A program made the translations under genes and the position numbers. The notes beneath the pieces are model-generated. The model did not search any database. It was not told the DNA's origin and saw only the letters and a list, made by a program, of their open reading frames with translations. Below, piece after piece: positions 14,030-27,840 of a stretch of DNA of 64,000 nucleotides. This stretch comes from Eledone cirrhosa (lineage: Eukaryota): positions 149,854,001-149,918,000 of the forward strand of contig OZ024741.1 in assembly GCA_964016885.1 (NCBI GenBank), read 5' to 3'. The stretch's first letter is position 1, and each line of letters begins with the position of its first letter.

Positions 14030-14404
14030 ACTGACAGCTGCATCATGACAATGCACGGCTCATTTGTTGCAGCTGACACAAGGTGCCTTGGCAAAGAAAG
14101 ACATTTCGCTCATTCACCAGGCTCCCTACCAACTCTCCTGACATCTAGTTGTTTCCCAAAATGAAGATGCCATTGAAAATATTCCACTTCGAGAGCTGAG
14201 AGGGCATCATACAGACTACAACAGTGGAGCTGAGAGCCATTCGGGAAGAAGCATTACAGACGTGGACCCAGCAGTAGAAGGATCGTTGTGCTTAGTGTAA
14301 GGAGGCACAAGATGTCCTACTACGTTGGGGATTAGCAATTGAACCCCACCAAATACGTAATTTGTTTCCTAGTCTAAGGTTGGATACTTTTTCAACAGAC
14401 TTCG
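14030..14404 (+). mobile_element. Mariner transposon right half (transposase pseudogene plus TIR)
   Basis: LHHDNA, SPD and LFPKMK remnants. Ends GGATACTTTTTCAACAGACTTCG followed by TA, as in mariner termini. Confidence 0.7.
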
Positions 14405-15013
14405 TATGACTGTATCTTTACGGTGTTAGTATGTAGTCATTATTCTAGTATCCAATCAGTAAGATTGTTTACAGACTTAAATGAAACACTACTACCATAT
14501 CAATTGTACATAAGAAAAACAACTGTTTTCTACATTAATTTTTGTCTTAATAATGCAATTCCAGTCATGCTGAGTGCTGCATGACTGGAATGAAAATCAG
14601 TGCCGTGAAAACTGAGACACTTGTCCTCTCAAGGAAGACTGCGTAGGGCACTCTACATGTGAATAGAGTTCCATTGAAGCAGGTGGAGAAGTTCAATATC
14701 TCGGGACCATTGGATAACATTCATGAGCTTGGCTGGTCACGGTTGGGGATCCAGCCGATCAGTTAGAGACAGTTTTTTCTGACAGGACCCGCTGGAAGGA
14801 GTGTTTGAGAACTTTGCTCCCACGACCCTCTCAGGAATAAGTAGGCGAAGAAGGAGAGGTATATATGAAAACATATCTTATACGTTTCCATGCAATAAAC
14901 ATATGGGTAGCCTCGCTATCAAAGAAAAAATATTGTTGTCTTTTTCGAAAATTTTTTATTTATCTCTATTTTCATCTGTGAATAAATCACAGAGTTGCCA
15001 GTACGTTTAGAGA

Positions 15014-15055
15014 ATACATACATACATACATACATACATACATACATACATACAT
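15014..15055. repeat. (TACA)n microsatellite at RTE 3' end
   Basis: Direct observation. Confidence 0.95.
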
Positions 15056-18000
15056 GGTGGCTGCCAACTCGTTTTCGAGTACGACCACTACTTTATATCC
15101 ATGTAGGAGAACCCCTACCGATGCGCTGAACGAGTGTGGCTTTTTAGTTCAGCCAGCGACTTGAAAACTCTGGTACAAACACTACACTTGTGACAATTAT
15201 TGACACCTAGTGCTGGGCCCATGGCACCATGTGACCTGAGGTGTCGTGTGAGATCACTACTCGACCTGCATACCCTTCCTTAACATCACATGTCGTCGTC
15301 TGATGAACACTTATAGCTCCACAGGTGCCTGCTTCCCTGTTCTTGTGCACTCCCAGGTGATTCTTTAGACCTGCCATGCTCAGACAAACCCTATTACAGG
15401 TCTCACATGTCAGGTCAGGCCGTCTGTCAGTGCCTCCGGGAAGGCCAGCATGGATTCCTTTCCGGACATCTCTTTTTAGTGTCGCGTGCCTTCTTGTTTC
15501 CTCAAATAGACTCTTGCCATTAGCCACTGCTTTCCTCCAATGCGATCGGTCGCTAGCGCATGCTTCCCAGTGCTCACAAGGGATGTTACTTTTCTTGAGC
15601 GCCTCCTTGATGCAGTCCTTAAAATGCATCTTGGGTTTGCTCGCGTTCCTTTTTCCCATTTGGAGCTCGCCATAAAGCAGCTGCTTCGGCATTCGCTTGT
15701 CATTCATCCCTACAAGATGGCCTGTCCAGCGCAGCTGATGTTTCAAAATCAAGGACTCGACACTATCACAGCCACTTCTGTCCAGAACCTCGACGTCATT
15801 GACAAACATTTGCCAAGTTATGCCGAGGATCCGACGTAAGCAGTACTGGTGGAACCTCTTATCTGTCTACGGTAGACCACCCACGCCTCACAAGCATAAA
15901 GAAGTGCCGCGAGCACACTCGCTTTGTCTTTACCGAAATTCCGTGTTGAGACCAGAGACGCTTGTTCAGTTTTCCAAAAGCATCACTGGCTTTCTGTATC
16001 CTGTTTGATATTTCCCCATGAAGATCGCAGGGCATACTCAGAGTGCTTCCAAGATATACAAAACTGCCAACGACCCTTATCCGTTCACCATAAACCAAGA
16101 TGTTGGGCTCACAACATGGCTTCCCAGGGGCTGGTTGGTACATGGCTACTGTATTTTTCAGGCTTATGGTAAGTCCCAATGCAGTACACGCATTATAAAA
16201 TGCATCCATGAGATGCTGCATATCAATCTCAGTCTGCGCTAATCCCTGATTAGTGACAAGTGAACCTTTGACTTAGCATTGAACCTCCTGATATTAAACA
16301 GCTTTCCAGTTGATCGATAGCGAACATATATACCATGATTGCAATTCCCGAAGGCCTGTTCGAAGACAATGGAGAAGTACAAAGCAAAGAGCGTTGGAGC
16401 TGGAATGTCACCCTGTTTGACTCCATTCTCGACCGTCACTGGCTCAGAGAGCTTTCCACCAACATTTACCCATGCCTTCATGTCATCATGGAACAAACGC
16501 AAAATGGAAACAAACTTCTCAGGGCACCCCAGCTTCCTCAAGATATCCCACAAAGCATTTCTGTTGACCGTGTCAAACGCCTTTGGCAGATCAACAAACA
16601 CCTGGTAGAGATCCACATTCTGCTCAACACACTTTTCCTGCAGTTGTCTGGCTGTAAAGATCATGTCCACAGTGCCACGCCCAGCCCGAAAGCCCGATTG
16701 CGACTCTGGTAGAGCTTCATCAGAAATGTGGAGCAATAAACGGTCCAACAGAATTCTACAGAGAACTTTGCCGACAACAGACAACAGTGATATCCCACGA
16801 TAGTTTCCGCAGTCATCCCTGTCTCCCTTTCCCTTGTACAAAACAACCATCACAGCATCCTTCCAATCATCGGGAACATGATTGTTGTTCCAGGCATCCA
16901 GAACCAAAGAATGAAGTCGGTGCAAGAGATTCTCTCCACCGTGCTTCAAGATCTCAGCTTACAGCCCATCCAATCCAGGCGACTTCCCACCATTGAGTTT
17001 CCTGACAGCACTTTTAACCTCCTCGATCGTTGGAGGCTCAGCAAGGATTTCCTTTATTGGCTTATCAGGTATGGACCTGATAAACTCTTCGTCAACCTCT
17101 GAATCCCTATTGAAAAGCTCGTCAAAGTGTTCCCGCCATCCTTTGTCCTAAGAGGCGCAACTGGTGATGTAGGTGGTCTATACACTTCACGAAGAAGATT
17201 ATACATTGCCTTAACGTCCTTCACATCCGACGCAAGTTGTATTTCATCGGCTTTGTCATTCCACCACTTATTCTTCATTTCACGCAATTGTCGTTTCACA
17301 TCAGCTTTTACGAGCTTCAGCTCATAAGCGATTTCCTTCTGCCGATCGGTGCTTAAATCACTACCAAGCAATGCGGAGTGGAGCATATGTTTCTCCTCCA
17401 AAAAGCTTGTCTATAAGCTTGTCATTTTGGTCAAACCAATCCTGATGCTTCTTATCTGTGAATCCAACAACATCATCACATGCCCTATAAACTGCCTCCT
17501 TAAAGAAAGTCCAGTCATTTCCGCACTCTAACGCATCCATCTTTTTAACCAGATTTTCTCTGACTTCAGGATCCTTCAGACGAGCAACGTTCAGCCGTTT
17601 CGGAAGTGATACCCCTCGCCGTTTCTCCCTTTTACGAACTACACATCTTGCTCTTGCTCTCACCAGACGATGGTCGGTCCAACACTCTGCCCCACGCATC
17701 ATACGAACACTGCACAGATCCTGTACATCCCGCCGCCTCACAAGGACATAATCAATCAGGTGCCACTGTTTCGATCCAGGATGCATCCATGTTGTCTTGT
17801 AGTTGTCCTTCTGTTGGAACATAGTGCTGCCAATGAACAAGTCCAGCTCAGTGCACATTTGCAATAACAAGAGTCCATTGCCATTGCACTTTCCGACCCC
17901 ATGCTTGCCCAGAGCTCTCCAGGTCTCACAATCACGGCCCACGCGAGCATTAAAATCTCCAAGAATGAAAATTTTGTCTGCTGCAGGCACTTTCCAGACA

Positions 18001-18540
18001 AGAGACCTTAATTCGTCATAAAAAGCCTGCTTTACTTCATCAATGCATTCCATAGTTGGTGCATAAGCACCAATCACGGTTGCATATCTTCCACCCTCTA
18101 GAGGAACTCTCACAGTGATCAGTCTGTCACTAACGCCTGTCGGCAGCTCCTGAAGATGGTCTGTTATAACTGTTTTTATGGCAAAAGCGATACCAGCTTC
18201 CCTCCTCCCCTCCTTCCTTCCTCTCCAGAAAAACTTATATCCACCGGATTTCTCTGTGAAATGACCCTCACCATGAAGTCGAGTTTCCGAGAGAGCCACA
18301 ACATCCATATCATAACGCCTAAGCTCCTTGGCAACCAATGCCGATCTTCTTTCAGGTCGCTGCACATTTGTTTCAACATCAAGCAAAGTATGCACATTCC
18401 AGCACCCAAAATTGAGTGGTTTGCACACAGTAGACCGATGACGACCAGGCCCAGAATGCGGCGCCTTGGGACACCTGCCGGGCCAGACCCTTTCACATGA
18501 TGCTGATCCAGAGCCCTTATTGCCATTTACTTCAATTGTA
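15056..18540 (-). mobile_element. Near-full-length RTE-clade LINE (APE-RT-C2H2), frameshifted
   Basis: APE motifs (GCWNV, LSETR, YAPT, LGDFNARVG, IDYVL, TDH) in ORF 17361-18572. RT motifs (NYRGISLL, QSGFR, FVDL.KAFD, GVKQG) in 16239-16949. FVYLGS in 15859-16221. QLRWTGH and CETCNRVC..LKNHLGVH in 15207-15809. Confidence 0.95.
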
Positions 18541-18554
18541 TACATACATACATA

Positions 18555-19180
18555 GGGATGCAGGCAAAACACCTAGATGTGATAACAAGTGCAGACTCTG
18601 CAGAACTAACATCGAGGATATCACCCATGTCATCAGCAGCCGTCAAAAGATGTCATCGCGGTACTATCTACCTATGAGGCATGATGTAGTGGCCAAAACA
18701 CTGTACAGTGCAATCTGTAGAAAAGATAGCCCCGATAATAAACACATTAAAAGCTACAGCAATGTGGAAGACATATACATAATATGAAAGAGTACTGGTG
18801 GAATGTTCCAGTAAAAATCCCAATAAAATGCAGGCATAACAGACCAGATATTATAATATGGGACAGGGAGAAGAAAGCATGCACAGTAGTGGAAATTAGC
18901 TGCCCAGCAGATGCCAATATAATATCAAAGATTAGCGAAAAGGAGAATATTTATGCAGAACTGATCAGAAATCTGTAGATATTCCACCCTGATTACACCT
19001 TCAGATTTATGCCTGTGATTATTGGGGCACTGGGGTATGTTAGTAAGTGCCTCAATACAAATCTTGAGAAGCTAGGCTTCACAGGAACAGAAAGAACACA
19101 ACTAGTTAGGAAATTAGAAGTACAATCCATTAATGGAACAGTAAAAATATGTAAAACATTCCAAAAATTTTGCATCTAAT
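18555..19180 (+). mobile_element. R4/NeSL-type RLE LINE 3' fragment
   Basis: CRLC..EDITHVIS zinc knuckle, RHD, HNRPDII..VEISCP, and PVIIGALG-type motif. Confidence 0.8.
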
Positions 19181-19754
19181 AACTGCATATACACATGTAC
19201 AGATACAAAGCATATACACATGCACACATACAACTCAAAACATACACATACACACATACAATAACATCCATATCTACACATGCATGCATGCATACATAAT
19301 CTACCTAGTTGATGTTGTGTAAATTCCAATGAGAGAGTCTTGTGTCTATGTTAGAAACCGACTCTCTCTCTATGGGGAAACAATTTGTGAAATTATAAAA
19401 CCAGAAGAACATACATACATAATGACTGCAACTGGATTTCGAGTAATGCCATCGGTTGATCTTAAGCTTGAGCATCATGGAAAGGGATTCCTAGTCCTGC
19501 TAGGGACCCGCCTATGGCCCACAATGCCATGCATCGCCAAAAATATATCACATGTCAAACGATGTCTCTGTTTGAAGGCTTTTTAAATGAGGAAAGGCTT
19601 TGCATGAAGCCAATCCCACTCTCTGAACATCGAATGCATTTACCCAAAATGAAGAATTGGATGCAAACGAAGTCGCAGGTTTTATATCAGAGTGACCTTC
19701 TCCTAGAGAGATGTCTTAATGAAGACTAGTACATATATACATGCATACATACAC

Positions 19755-19935
19755 GGTGGCTGCCAACTCGTTTTCGAGTACAGCCACTACTTTATATCCA
19801 TGTAGGAGAACCCCTACCAATGCGCTGAACGAGTGTGACTTTTTAGTCCAGCCAGCGACTTGAAAACTCTGGTACAAACACTACACTTGTGACAATTATT
19901 GACACATAGTGCGGGGCCTATGGTACCATGTAACG
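19755..19935 (-). mobile_element. Second copy of the RTE 3' UTR
   Basis: Near-identical to 15056-15235, with a (TACA)-like flank. Confidence 0.9.
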
Positions 19936-20184
19936 ACATGTGCAGAGAGATCTCCAGATATAAAGCAATGCCTGTGCCGTGAAGCTTTTATAGTGAGCAA
20001 AGGCACTGCACAAAGCCAGTCCCACTCTCTTAACCAAGATGATATTTACCAAAAGGAAGAACAAGTCAACATCATTGGATACCATCAGGGTTGCAGGTGT
20101 TATATCAGAGTTTTCCTTCTCCTAGAATTCTGCCTTGACAAAGGCTAAGGGGTCATCTCTCTCGGTGATTTTGGATGGCCATTG

Positions 20185-20320
20185 ACTCTTAAGAGCTCCT
20201 TTGCCCTACATACATACAGATTGCTCATGACTTAAGAGCTCCTTTGCCATACATACATACAGATTGCTCATGACTTAAGAGCTCCTTTGCCATACATACA
20301 TACAGATTGCTCATGACTTA
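20185..20320. repeat. 43-bp tandem repeat, about 3 copies
   Basis: Unit GACTTAAGAGCTCCTTTGCCATACATACATACAGATTGCTCAT. Confidence 0.9.
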
Positions 20321-21159
20321 GTTTAGCTACTATGAAAGCGAAAATAAAGGATTTCCGTTGTAGACTTAAGACGAAGGGTCTCCGAAGAAGAATGGTTTCT
20401 AATTTATCCATCAAATTTTGAGGTGAAGGGGAAAATCGATTAATTCGATTCCAGTACTTCGTGTATTTTATTGAACTCCAGACGAATGAAAAGCAAAGCT
20501 GACTTTAGCAGGATTCAAACTCGTGACGAAAAGAGCCGGAATAAATGCTGTAGTCATTTTTTTCGACTCTCTAACAATTTGCCCCAAAATTATATTAAAA
20601 AAAAAGCAACTGAAAAATCCAAACTGAAATTGTAAATATAAAAAGCCTTTCCTTCATTTCAACTTCTAACAATAAATACCTCCACCCAGAGAAAAACAAC
20701 AGCAACAACAAAATTACATCGCATTAACGATGAAATAAAAGCATGCTTGTCTGAAATGTGTCCAAATAGAGAAAATGTCAGCCTTGGAACCTCAAACTCA
20801 TATTTTTTATTGATTACTATGATTCAGTTGTTCTATAATGATGAAATTACTTAATAATTTTCTGAAGTAAGTGCCCCAGTAGGGCCGCAGATATTAATGA
20901 TTCAGACCAATAAAACAATACATAAAACTAGTAAACAAGTGCCGTCAATAATGACAGTAATAGCGTTGGACGTATTTAATTTTTGGAGTCCAGGATTATA
21001 TATATACCAGGATTACAATCATATGAATTAGGAAAATTGCGTTTTGATAATTTAATGGTTTGCATAAGAGAAACCATATAGTTTATGTTAATTACTGATA
21101 CGTGGAAGTGATTAAAGAGAAAAATGATATTTTAATAATTTCTAGAATATGATTACATT

Positions 21160-21660
21160 GTTGGTGACTTGGTGACTGTGGAGCCCAGGTAAACGAAGGA
21201 GCTGACAAACTCCATGAAGTCGGGACCAATATGAAGTGGGGGATAATCCGGGCCATTGGCGACATGTATCAACTTGGTCTTTGCTCTACTCAGCCGAAGG
21301 CCAAGATTTTCTGATTCTTCCCAGTATATGGTCAGTGCGTCCTTGGGCTGATCGATTGAGTTGCTGAATAGGATGGTGTCGTCCGAAGGAAACGCCAGTA
21401 ACTCGCTCAGAGACCTTGGTCATCAGATAGTCGATGACACAGTTAAAGAGGTCGGGGGCAGCCACGCAGCCTTGTTTTCCCCCATTATTGATGGGGAACC
21501 AGTCGGAGTCCTTCCCGTTCATCCGCGCGCACCTCTCGGCGCTGCTATAGAGCCGTTATGACAGAGTGGTGATCTTGGGCTTCATTTACCTGGGCTCCAC
21601 AGTCACCAACAATGGAGACGTGCTTCCGGAGATCAACAGCAGATGTGATCTATGATGACC
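21160..21660 (-). mobile_element. RTE-type RT fragment with small inverted piece
   Basis: G.KQGCVAAPDLFNCVID on the minus strand. The F.YLGSTVT-coding segment occurs in both orientations (21170-21197 and 21580-21610). Confidence 0.65.
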
Positions 21661-21681
21661 ACAGTCCCACCGAGCAAGAGC

Positions 21682-21773
21682 AAGAAGAAGAAGAAGAAGA
21701 AGAAGAAGAAGAAGAAGAAGAAGAAGAAGAAGAAGAAGAAGAAGAAGAAGAAGAAGAAGAAGAAGAAGAAGAA
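21682..21773. repeat. (GAA)n microsatellite
   Basis: Direct observation. Confidence 0.95.
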
Positions 21774-21914
21774 TATAATTACATAAATGTTCAGCATATA
21801 TGTAAAATGACACAGTATTAAATGTGTATGGAGAAATGATTATTCACAAGGACAAATGTAATCAAGAACCTTGTTACTGGAAAACGAACTTCTCATTGTA
21901 GGAACATGACTGTG

Positions 21915-21946
<32 letters not shown>

Positions 21947-21972
21947 TGTATGTATGTATGTATGTATGTATG

Positions 21973-22005
<33 letters not shown>

Positions 22006-23719
22006 TTTAGAGGATTGCAGCCGGAGATGTATATAAAACACACATGACGTATTATTATGGCTGACAAACATTACAATAATGAATAAAAAAATTATCAAAA
22101 TTGTTTCATCTAAGGGAGGCAACTTATTTCAAGGGAAACTACCAATTAGATTGGTGATTAGTTGAAATGTGTTAAAATGTTTGCAATCGGTTAGGTCGCA
22201 ATAAATTAACTAAGTATTTTATCAGGGGATGAACGGTAATTGTAACTTCAAAGATTTCTGTTTGTTCTGAATTCTTCTTCCATTTTTGGTCTCAAATGTT
22301 AGTAGAATTGTTCATAATCCTTGTTTTGTTTATATCCCGTAACTTATCAGTTTGATATAGTTCGATAAAATAACTATCAAACTGAACAAAGTATTCGGGT
22401 CGATATGATTATCTAAGAACACGTTCTCAGTCGTATCTTTTTTGTTTGTTTCACGGCACACTTAATTATGTACCCAATGTACTGTAACACCCCGTTTCAG
22501 TCTCACCCCGTTCTATCTTCAACAAATTTCATGACACCCCGTTTCAATCTTAGCCATAAAGAAAATGGTGAGTGTAAAATAGGGGAAGAGCCAATGATGG
22601 CATTACACGTAAGGCTAACTAGGACATAGACACCAGACAGGTATAGTACTGAACTATAGAATACTACAGTTTTATACAAATTTGTATAATTGAATAAAAT
22701 ATATAATAATTTCTTGACATCAATTAATATATCGATACACATCTTTGCCCAGTAGGAACGTCGTGGAAATATCCAAAACGTTGGAGAGAGTTGTATGATG
22801 TTATAACCTGTAAGAATGATTTGGTGTGGGCGAGTGTGGACTGTGAAGTAGACAATGCAGGCTTTGTCATTTTTCTTAGTGTGATCAGAGTAAGAAATGT
22901 TAAACCTACCTTCATTAGCTTGCTCAACTGTAATTTGAAATTATTTTATTTGAGAGAATGGAATGCATAACCGGGAAAAGGGGGCACATATTGTGGAGCT
23001 AGTCCACGGCTAAATACTCAGACTCCGACTTTTACAAGTGCAAGTAGACAGTGAAATAAGAAAATTAGTTATCAGAGCCCTTATTTTTTCTTTTAGTGAA
23101 AATGATACTTTGTATTTTAGAATTCACGAGAACTTCCCTGAACTAACATGTTTTCCTAACTAAACATATTATTTGTAAAATGGCACTTTTATTTGCTTGG
23201 TTAAGGCAGACGATTTGGTGGAGTCGTTACAGAGTTGGATTTTATTTCGTGACTCTGCGTTCTGAGTTCAAATCCTACTGTGGTCCACCTTGCCGTTCAT
23301 CCTTTCGGGACCAATAAAGAAAGGATCAATCAAGTGCTGTTGAAGCCAGCTTTCTTTCCAGCTGTCACATCCTGGATGATCCGCTGGATCGAAAATGAAG
23401 CGTTGAGAGAGTACATGTGTTTGCCCGTGGCTGTATGGGCACCTAAAACCCTAAATGAAAGCATGGCATATATTACCAAATCATACTTGATTGCAAGAGT
23501 TTTTAATTGATTTGCTTGGTACCATTGATTTGTTGCTCAATTTCTTCACCAAAACAAGACACTCAAAGATCTGATTTTCTTCTAATCCATCTCAAGTGAA
23601 ACTGCGTGATACATAATATTAGAAATACTATTCATTCTACCGAACCTTAAGCAAATCGTTTCTTTCCTGGTCGCCATTTTCTTCCACCAACGAGAAAATA
23701 CTCGAGTCAACGACGAGGC

Positions 23720-24140
23720 TTCTACATGCTCATTCAAGCTGCTAGAAATAGCAGCCGTATATATCTCAAATCACATCCTCCGAACGTGTTAAGAAAAGAA
23801 CAGACACGTTAAATAATTTAGTCATAGATTCCCATAGAAAAGATGAGGTAGGCATTGTTGGAATATCGTCCATAATACAATCAGTTTCATTACGGTTGAT
23901 CTGGGGTTAAACAGCAACAGCAAGTTAACAAGTCATCAAGGGAATCTGTATATGGCCACCCAACCTGCTAGAAATAGCAGCCAAATTCCCCTCAAATCAC
24001 ATTCTATTGACTGAAAAGGGAAACGAAAGGACTTATATAATGTAGTCCTAGGTACGTCTAAAAAGTTAGGATGATCACGGCGGAATGTTTTTAACCACAT
24101 GGCTGCTTAATCAAATTTGATCTAGTACTAAACAACAGCA
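23720..24140 (+). mobile_element. Two copies of an unclassified short interspersed repeat
   Basis: CTGCTAGAAATAGCAGCC..CTCAAATCAC core. Related inverted copies at about 3000-3140, 3285-3340 and 32870-33030. Confidence 0.55.
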
Positions 24141-24547
24141 GTCAGAAAATCCTCCTGATATTATTTATAATCTGATATTGTAAGAATTAAACCAAGTGTA
24201 CCAGACCTCTATTTCTTATGGATACTGCTTTAAAGGACCACTTCTAGTGATCATATTATTTACTTCTACAGACAATAGGGGAGCCGCTTTGTCAGAGATG
24301 AAGCGGCGAATAGACAGAGTCGTTAGGGCGTAGGATTAAATATGCCTCGGTATTTGTTTCGGCTCACTATGTTCCAAGTTCAAATCTTGCCGAAGTCAAC
24401 TTCACCCTTCATCCTTTCGAGGTGGATAAATAAAGTACCAGACCAATCCTGGAACCAATTATTCCTCTTTCTCTCCCTGTCTTTCTTTGGAATAAATGGG
24501 TTGTACTCCGACCTAAAGAGGGTGGTGCTACACAAAATTTTAAAAAT

Positions 24548-25643
24548 GGGGCTGGGGATGCCGTGGTTAACGATGCGCAAACACGCATTCAGGCTGCGGC
24601 ATCTCCACGTATTCCTCACCGGACAACCGGTGTGGGCCCAGTTCGTGACGCGAGCCTTCCTACGACCCGTCTCGCTGACCGAGCTGCAGTCCTGGGTCAA
24701 GCAAAGACCGAGGAAAATAGGCGACTGGCACATAGAATGTGCTCAGGCGCTCACAGCCCTCTGGCAGGCGGACCCGGCAATCAGTGGAGACTCCACTTCG
24801 TCATTCTATAGAGGTTTGGTCCGCAGCAAGTGCGACAACGCGCTCGGAGAAACTCTAGGCGTAGAGGAAGGCGAACTGGCCAGTCTGTTCGGTAGGACCT
24901 TCTGCCCGGGACCGATGGACAACTTCCAAAAGTCCCTGGCCTGGCAGTGCTACCGAGGAGCTCTACCAGTTCGAGACAAGCTCTACAGACATGGGCGCCC
25001 GGGCAGGGATCCTTCGAAAAATCTGTCCGAGATGCGTGCGAGACGAAGAAACCGTCGCGCACGCATTCGTACACTGCCCGGGCGTTACCGACCTGTGGGG
25101 CTATGTAGAATGACTATTGTCGCGGGTGGGACCAATCCGCCACCCTCCTTCAGAAACGAAGGAGAGGCGGTTTTCCTTTGTGTTATAGCTATGGCGAAAG
25201 AGGTTGTATGGTGGACAAGGTTGAAAGGGCTGAGGTCAGACACCTTTCTCTCCGGCCAACAACTGATTCTTTTTTTCAAATACCACTTTGGAAGAAGAAT
25301 CAGGATGGAGAGAGAGGTGCTGTACCCCAGCAAGTTTTATGAAAGGTGGGTGAAAGTGGCGAGAATGGCCCGAGTGAATGGGCCTTCTCTCTATATCAGC
25401 CTGTATGTTGAGGAAAAAGAGGAAGAGAGGAAAGGGGTACTCACTTTTCGTACTCCTGGAGATGAGGGTTGCACATTTTTTCGGGGGTATGTGTTACCCA
25501 TATGTAATGTCTCCCCCTATTGGAGAAAATCGATTAATTTTTAAATTGCATTTGTGATAGTATTTTACACGTTTTTATTGTATGTAAACTTCCCCCTTTG
25601 TATTTGTCCCCTTCTTTTGTGCCCTTGTGGCTAATAAAGAAAC
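24548..25643 (+). mobile_element. 5'-truncated Tx1/L1-type LINE (copy A)
   Basis: ORF2 C-terminus GLGMPW..LAWQCYRGALPVRDKL, 3' UTR CCCTTGTGGCTAATAAAGAAA, then (TATC)n. Confidence 0.9.
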
Positions 25644-25644
25644 A

Positions 25645-25701
<57 letters not shown>
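25645..25701. repeat. (TATC)n between Tx1 copies A and B
   Basis: Direct observation. Confidence 0.95.
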
Positions 25702-25906
25702 GCCTGACGCGTGGAACATCGCCGGTAAGAATTTTTGTAAATTTATATACGAAAAACAGAACAAATTGTTTGAAAAAACATATTATTTTGAAGATTAACC
25801 TCCAAGCTGAATTGTCAGCTGGGTGGTAATCCCATTTTCGCCCTTTTAGGGCGAAAATTTAATTTAAAAATTGTTTTAAAATATCAAATTTTGCCAACTA
25901 TAAAAC

Positions 25907-27799
25907 ATGAATAACACGGAAAGAACGCTAAAGAACGTCGACAGAGAAAAGAGAGAGAAAGAGGCAAATTTTAACGTTATATCTGCTTCTGCTACTATGG
26001 ACGTCGCCATAGATACGACTGTCAACAAAGAGAAAAAAATATTACTACTTGAAGATTGTACAATTTCTACCGTCGAAGCGGAGAGAAATGAAAACTCAGG
26101 AATTAAACCTATTAACATACATACACATGAAAAAGTCAACATCAACAACTCTACAGATACATCTACACATAAAGTTTCACCTTGTCAAGGAACTGAGATT
26201 TCCAACACCGAGGCTAACAACGATAACAACAACAACAACAGCAACACCACACAAAAAAATGTCTTTCGCTGAAACAGTGAACAAAAAACAAGATTTTATA
26301 AATCTTGACATCTCCAATGCAAGAGATATGCTCCAGCAAGGGAGAAAATTTGTAACTTTCGAAGAGAAGGGTGGGTTTAGAATTAACTCACCCCTTGAAA
26401 TAAAAGAAGACACAGTTCGAAGGACAGTGACCTTTAGGACTGTATCCAATACCACGAGAAAGCCGATATTTGTTAGTCAAACAGATATAGAAGCTACTTT
26501 CAAGGAAATTCTAGCAAATATCGACTTTCTCCAACGAGGAAAACAGTACGGAAGTGTTTCCGTACTGTGTAAAAGCGAGGCACTCGCCCCAAAACATTCT
26601 GTGACATCAATGGTGTCAAAAGCATTCACCTTTTTCCCTACATACATGGGAAAAAGGACACAAAAAAAAAAAAATATACCACCAAACATTAACATCTGGT
26701 GGATCTTAGCTGGCTTCGTAGAGCCAGAAACTGATATGATTCTTTCGATACCAAAGTCTATTCGACAAAGGTGGGCGGGTACTGATTTGGAGATTCTGTT
26801 GCAAATGAGGCCGGAAAGAATCTCGAAAATACCCGAAAAAGTCGTCATCGACAACAACAAGATAAACATTTCGGTAGAAGGACGAAAATGTCATTGCTTT
26901 TGCTGTGGTAGCACAGCACACCTAAAAGCCTCCTGTCCTTCACAAACACACCACAACAACATCATTAAAAAAACACTATTACCAACACCAACACCAAAAC
27001 AACAACCACTACCACAAGTACAACAACAGACGAAACGAACAACCACACCAAAACAAACAGCCACTCAACCAACAACAACAGAAAAAACAGAGACAACACC
27101 CCTGAAGAACACAGCCCCACCCCATCCCACTCCATCAAACACTACCACAAACACACACACACCGAAACATCACCACCACACAACATACCCCTACCCCACA
27201 CTCCTGACGATGATTATTCATCGACGGATGAAGCTGCTTCTCCTTCTTTAAGTGAAGATGAGGGAGAACCGCGGAAATCTAAAAAACAAAAAAAGAGACA
27301 CCACAAAACCCCCAAAACTCCAATCACCAACACCAACACACAACCACAGACACAAACAACAACACAAACAACACCACAGTCAAACATCCCCCTACCAGCA
27401 AAACCAACACCAACACCACCCCAAACACAAGCACCCACCATAAAAAGAAAACTCCCGGACGAACAACAAACTAAAACAACACAACAAAAACACAAACAAC
27501 AATACGCATACATCAACATAAACAACAAGTGTTTGATGGAGGTCATCTCCCAAAACCCCAAGGTGGAGACGGAGGGGAAGACTTTCGTCAAGGCAGAATC
27601 GTCTCCAAACCTTAAACTTATAAGAGTTTCTATGGAAACCTATAATGACCTGAAAAATAAATTTTCACAGGACGTGGGCAACCCCTGCCACAAACCCATC
27701 AACCGCGTCCTGTTAAAATGTTTCCCCACCCCACCCAACACCCCATCCAGCACCCAAATGGAGATTGAACAACCCGATCTCCAGGAAACGAAAAGGTAA
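25907..27799 (+). pseudogene. Tx1 ORF1 (gag-like nucleic acid-binding protein), frameshifted
   Basis: N/T-rich N-terminus, CFCCGSTAHLKASC (CX2CX4HX4C), Pro/Thr-rich tail ending QETKR*. Homologous to ORF1 of copies C and D. Confidence 0.85.
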
Positions 27800-27840
27800 G
27801 TGCACCTTTCGTCCTTTTTCTCGAACTCTTCTTCACCAAC

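Noticed and set aside
18420-18540. HDV-like ribozyme at the RTE 5' end
   Set aside because: Only nested hairpins are visible; the double pseudoknot could not be built.
19400-20190. Two related segments resembling RTE 5' UTRs (CTAGGAGAAGG..ACTCTGATATAA on minus)
   Set aside because: Recognition is from memory only, and boundaries and family cannot be supported.
24342-25544. 400-aa ORF as a host or chimeric gene
   Set aside because: Chance read-through from a SINE into a truncated Tx1 ORF2.
25715-25740. Spliced-leader-like donor plus Sm site (CG|GTAAGAATTTTTG) at the Tx1 5' end
   Set aside because: The Sm-like word is not conserved in copy F, and the donor is absent from copies C and D.
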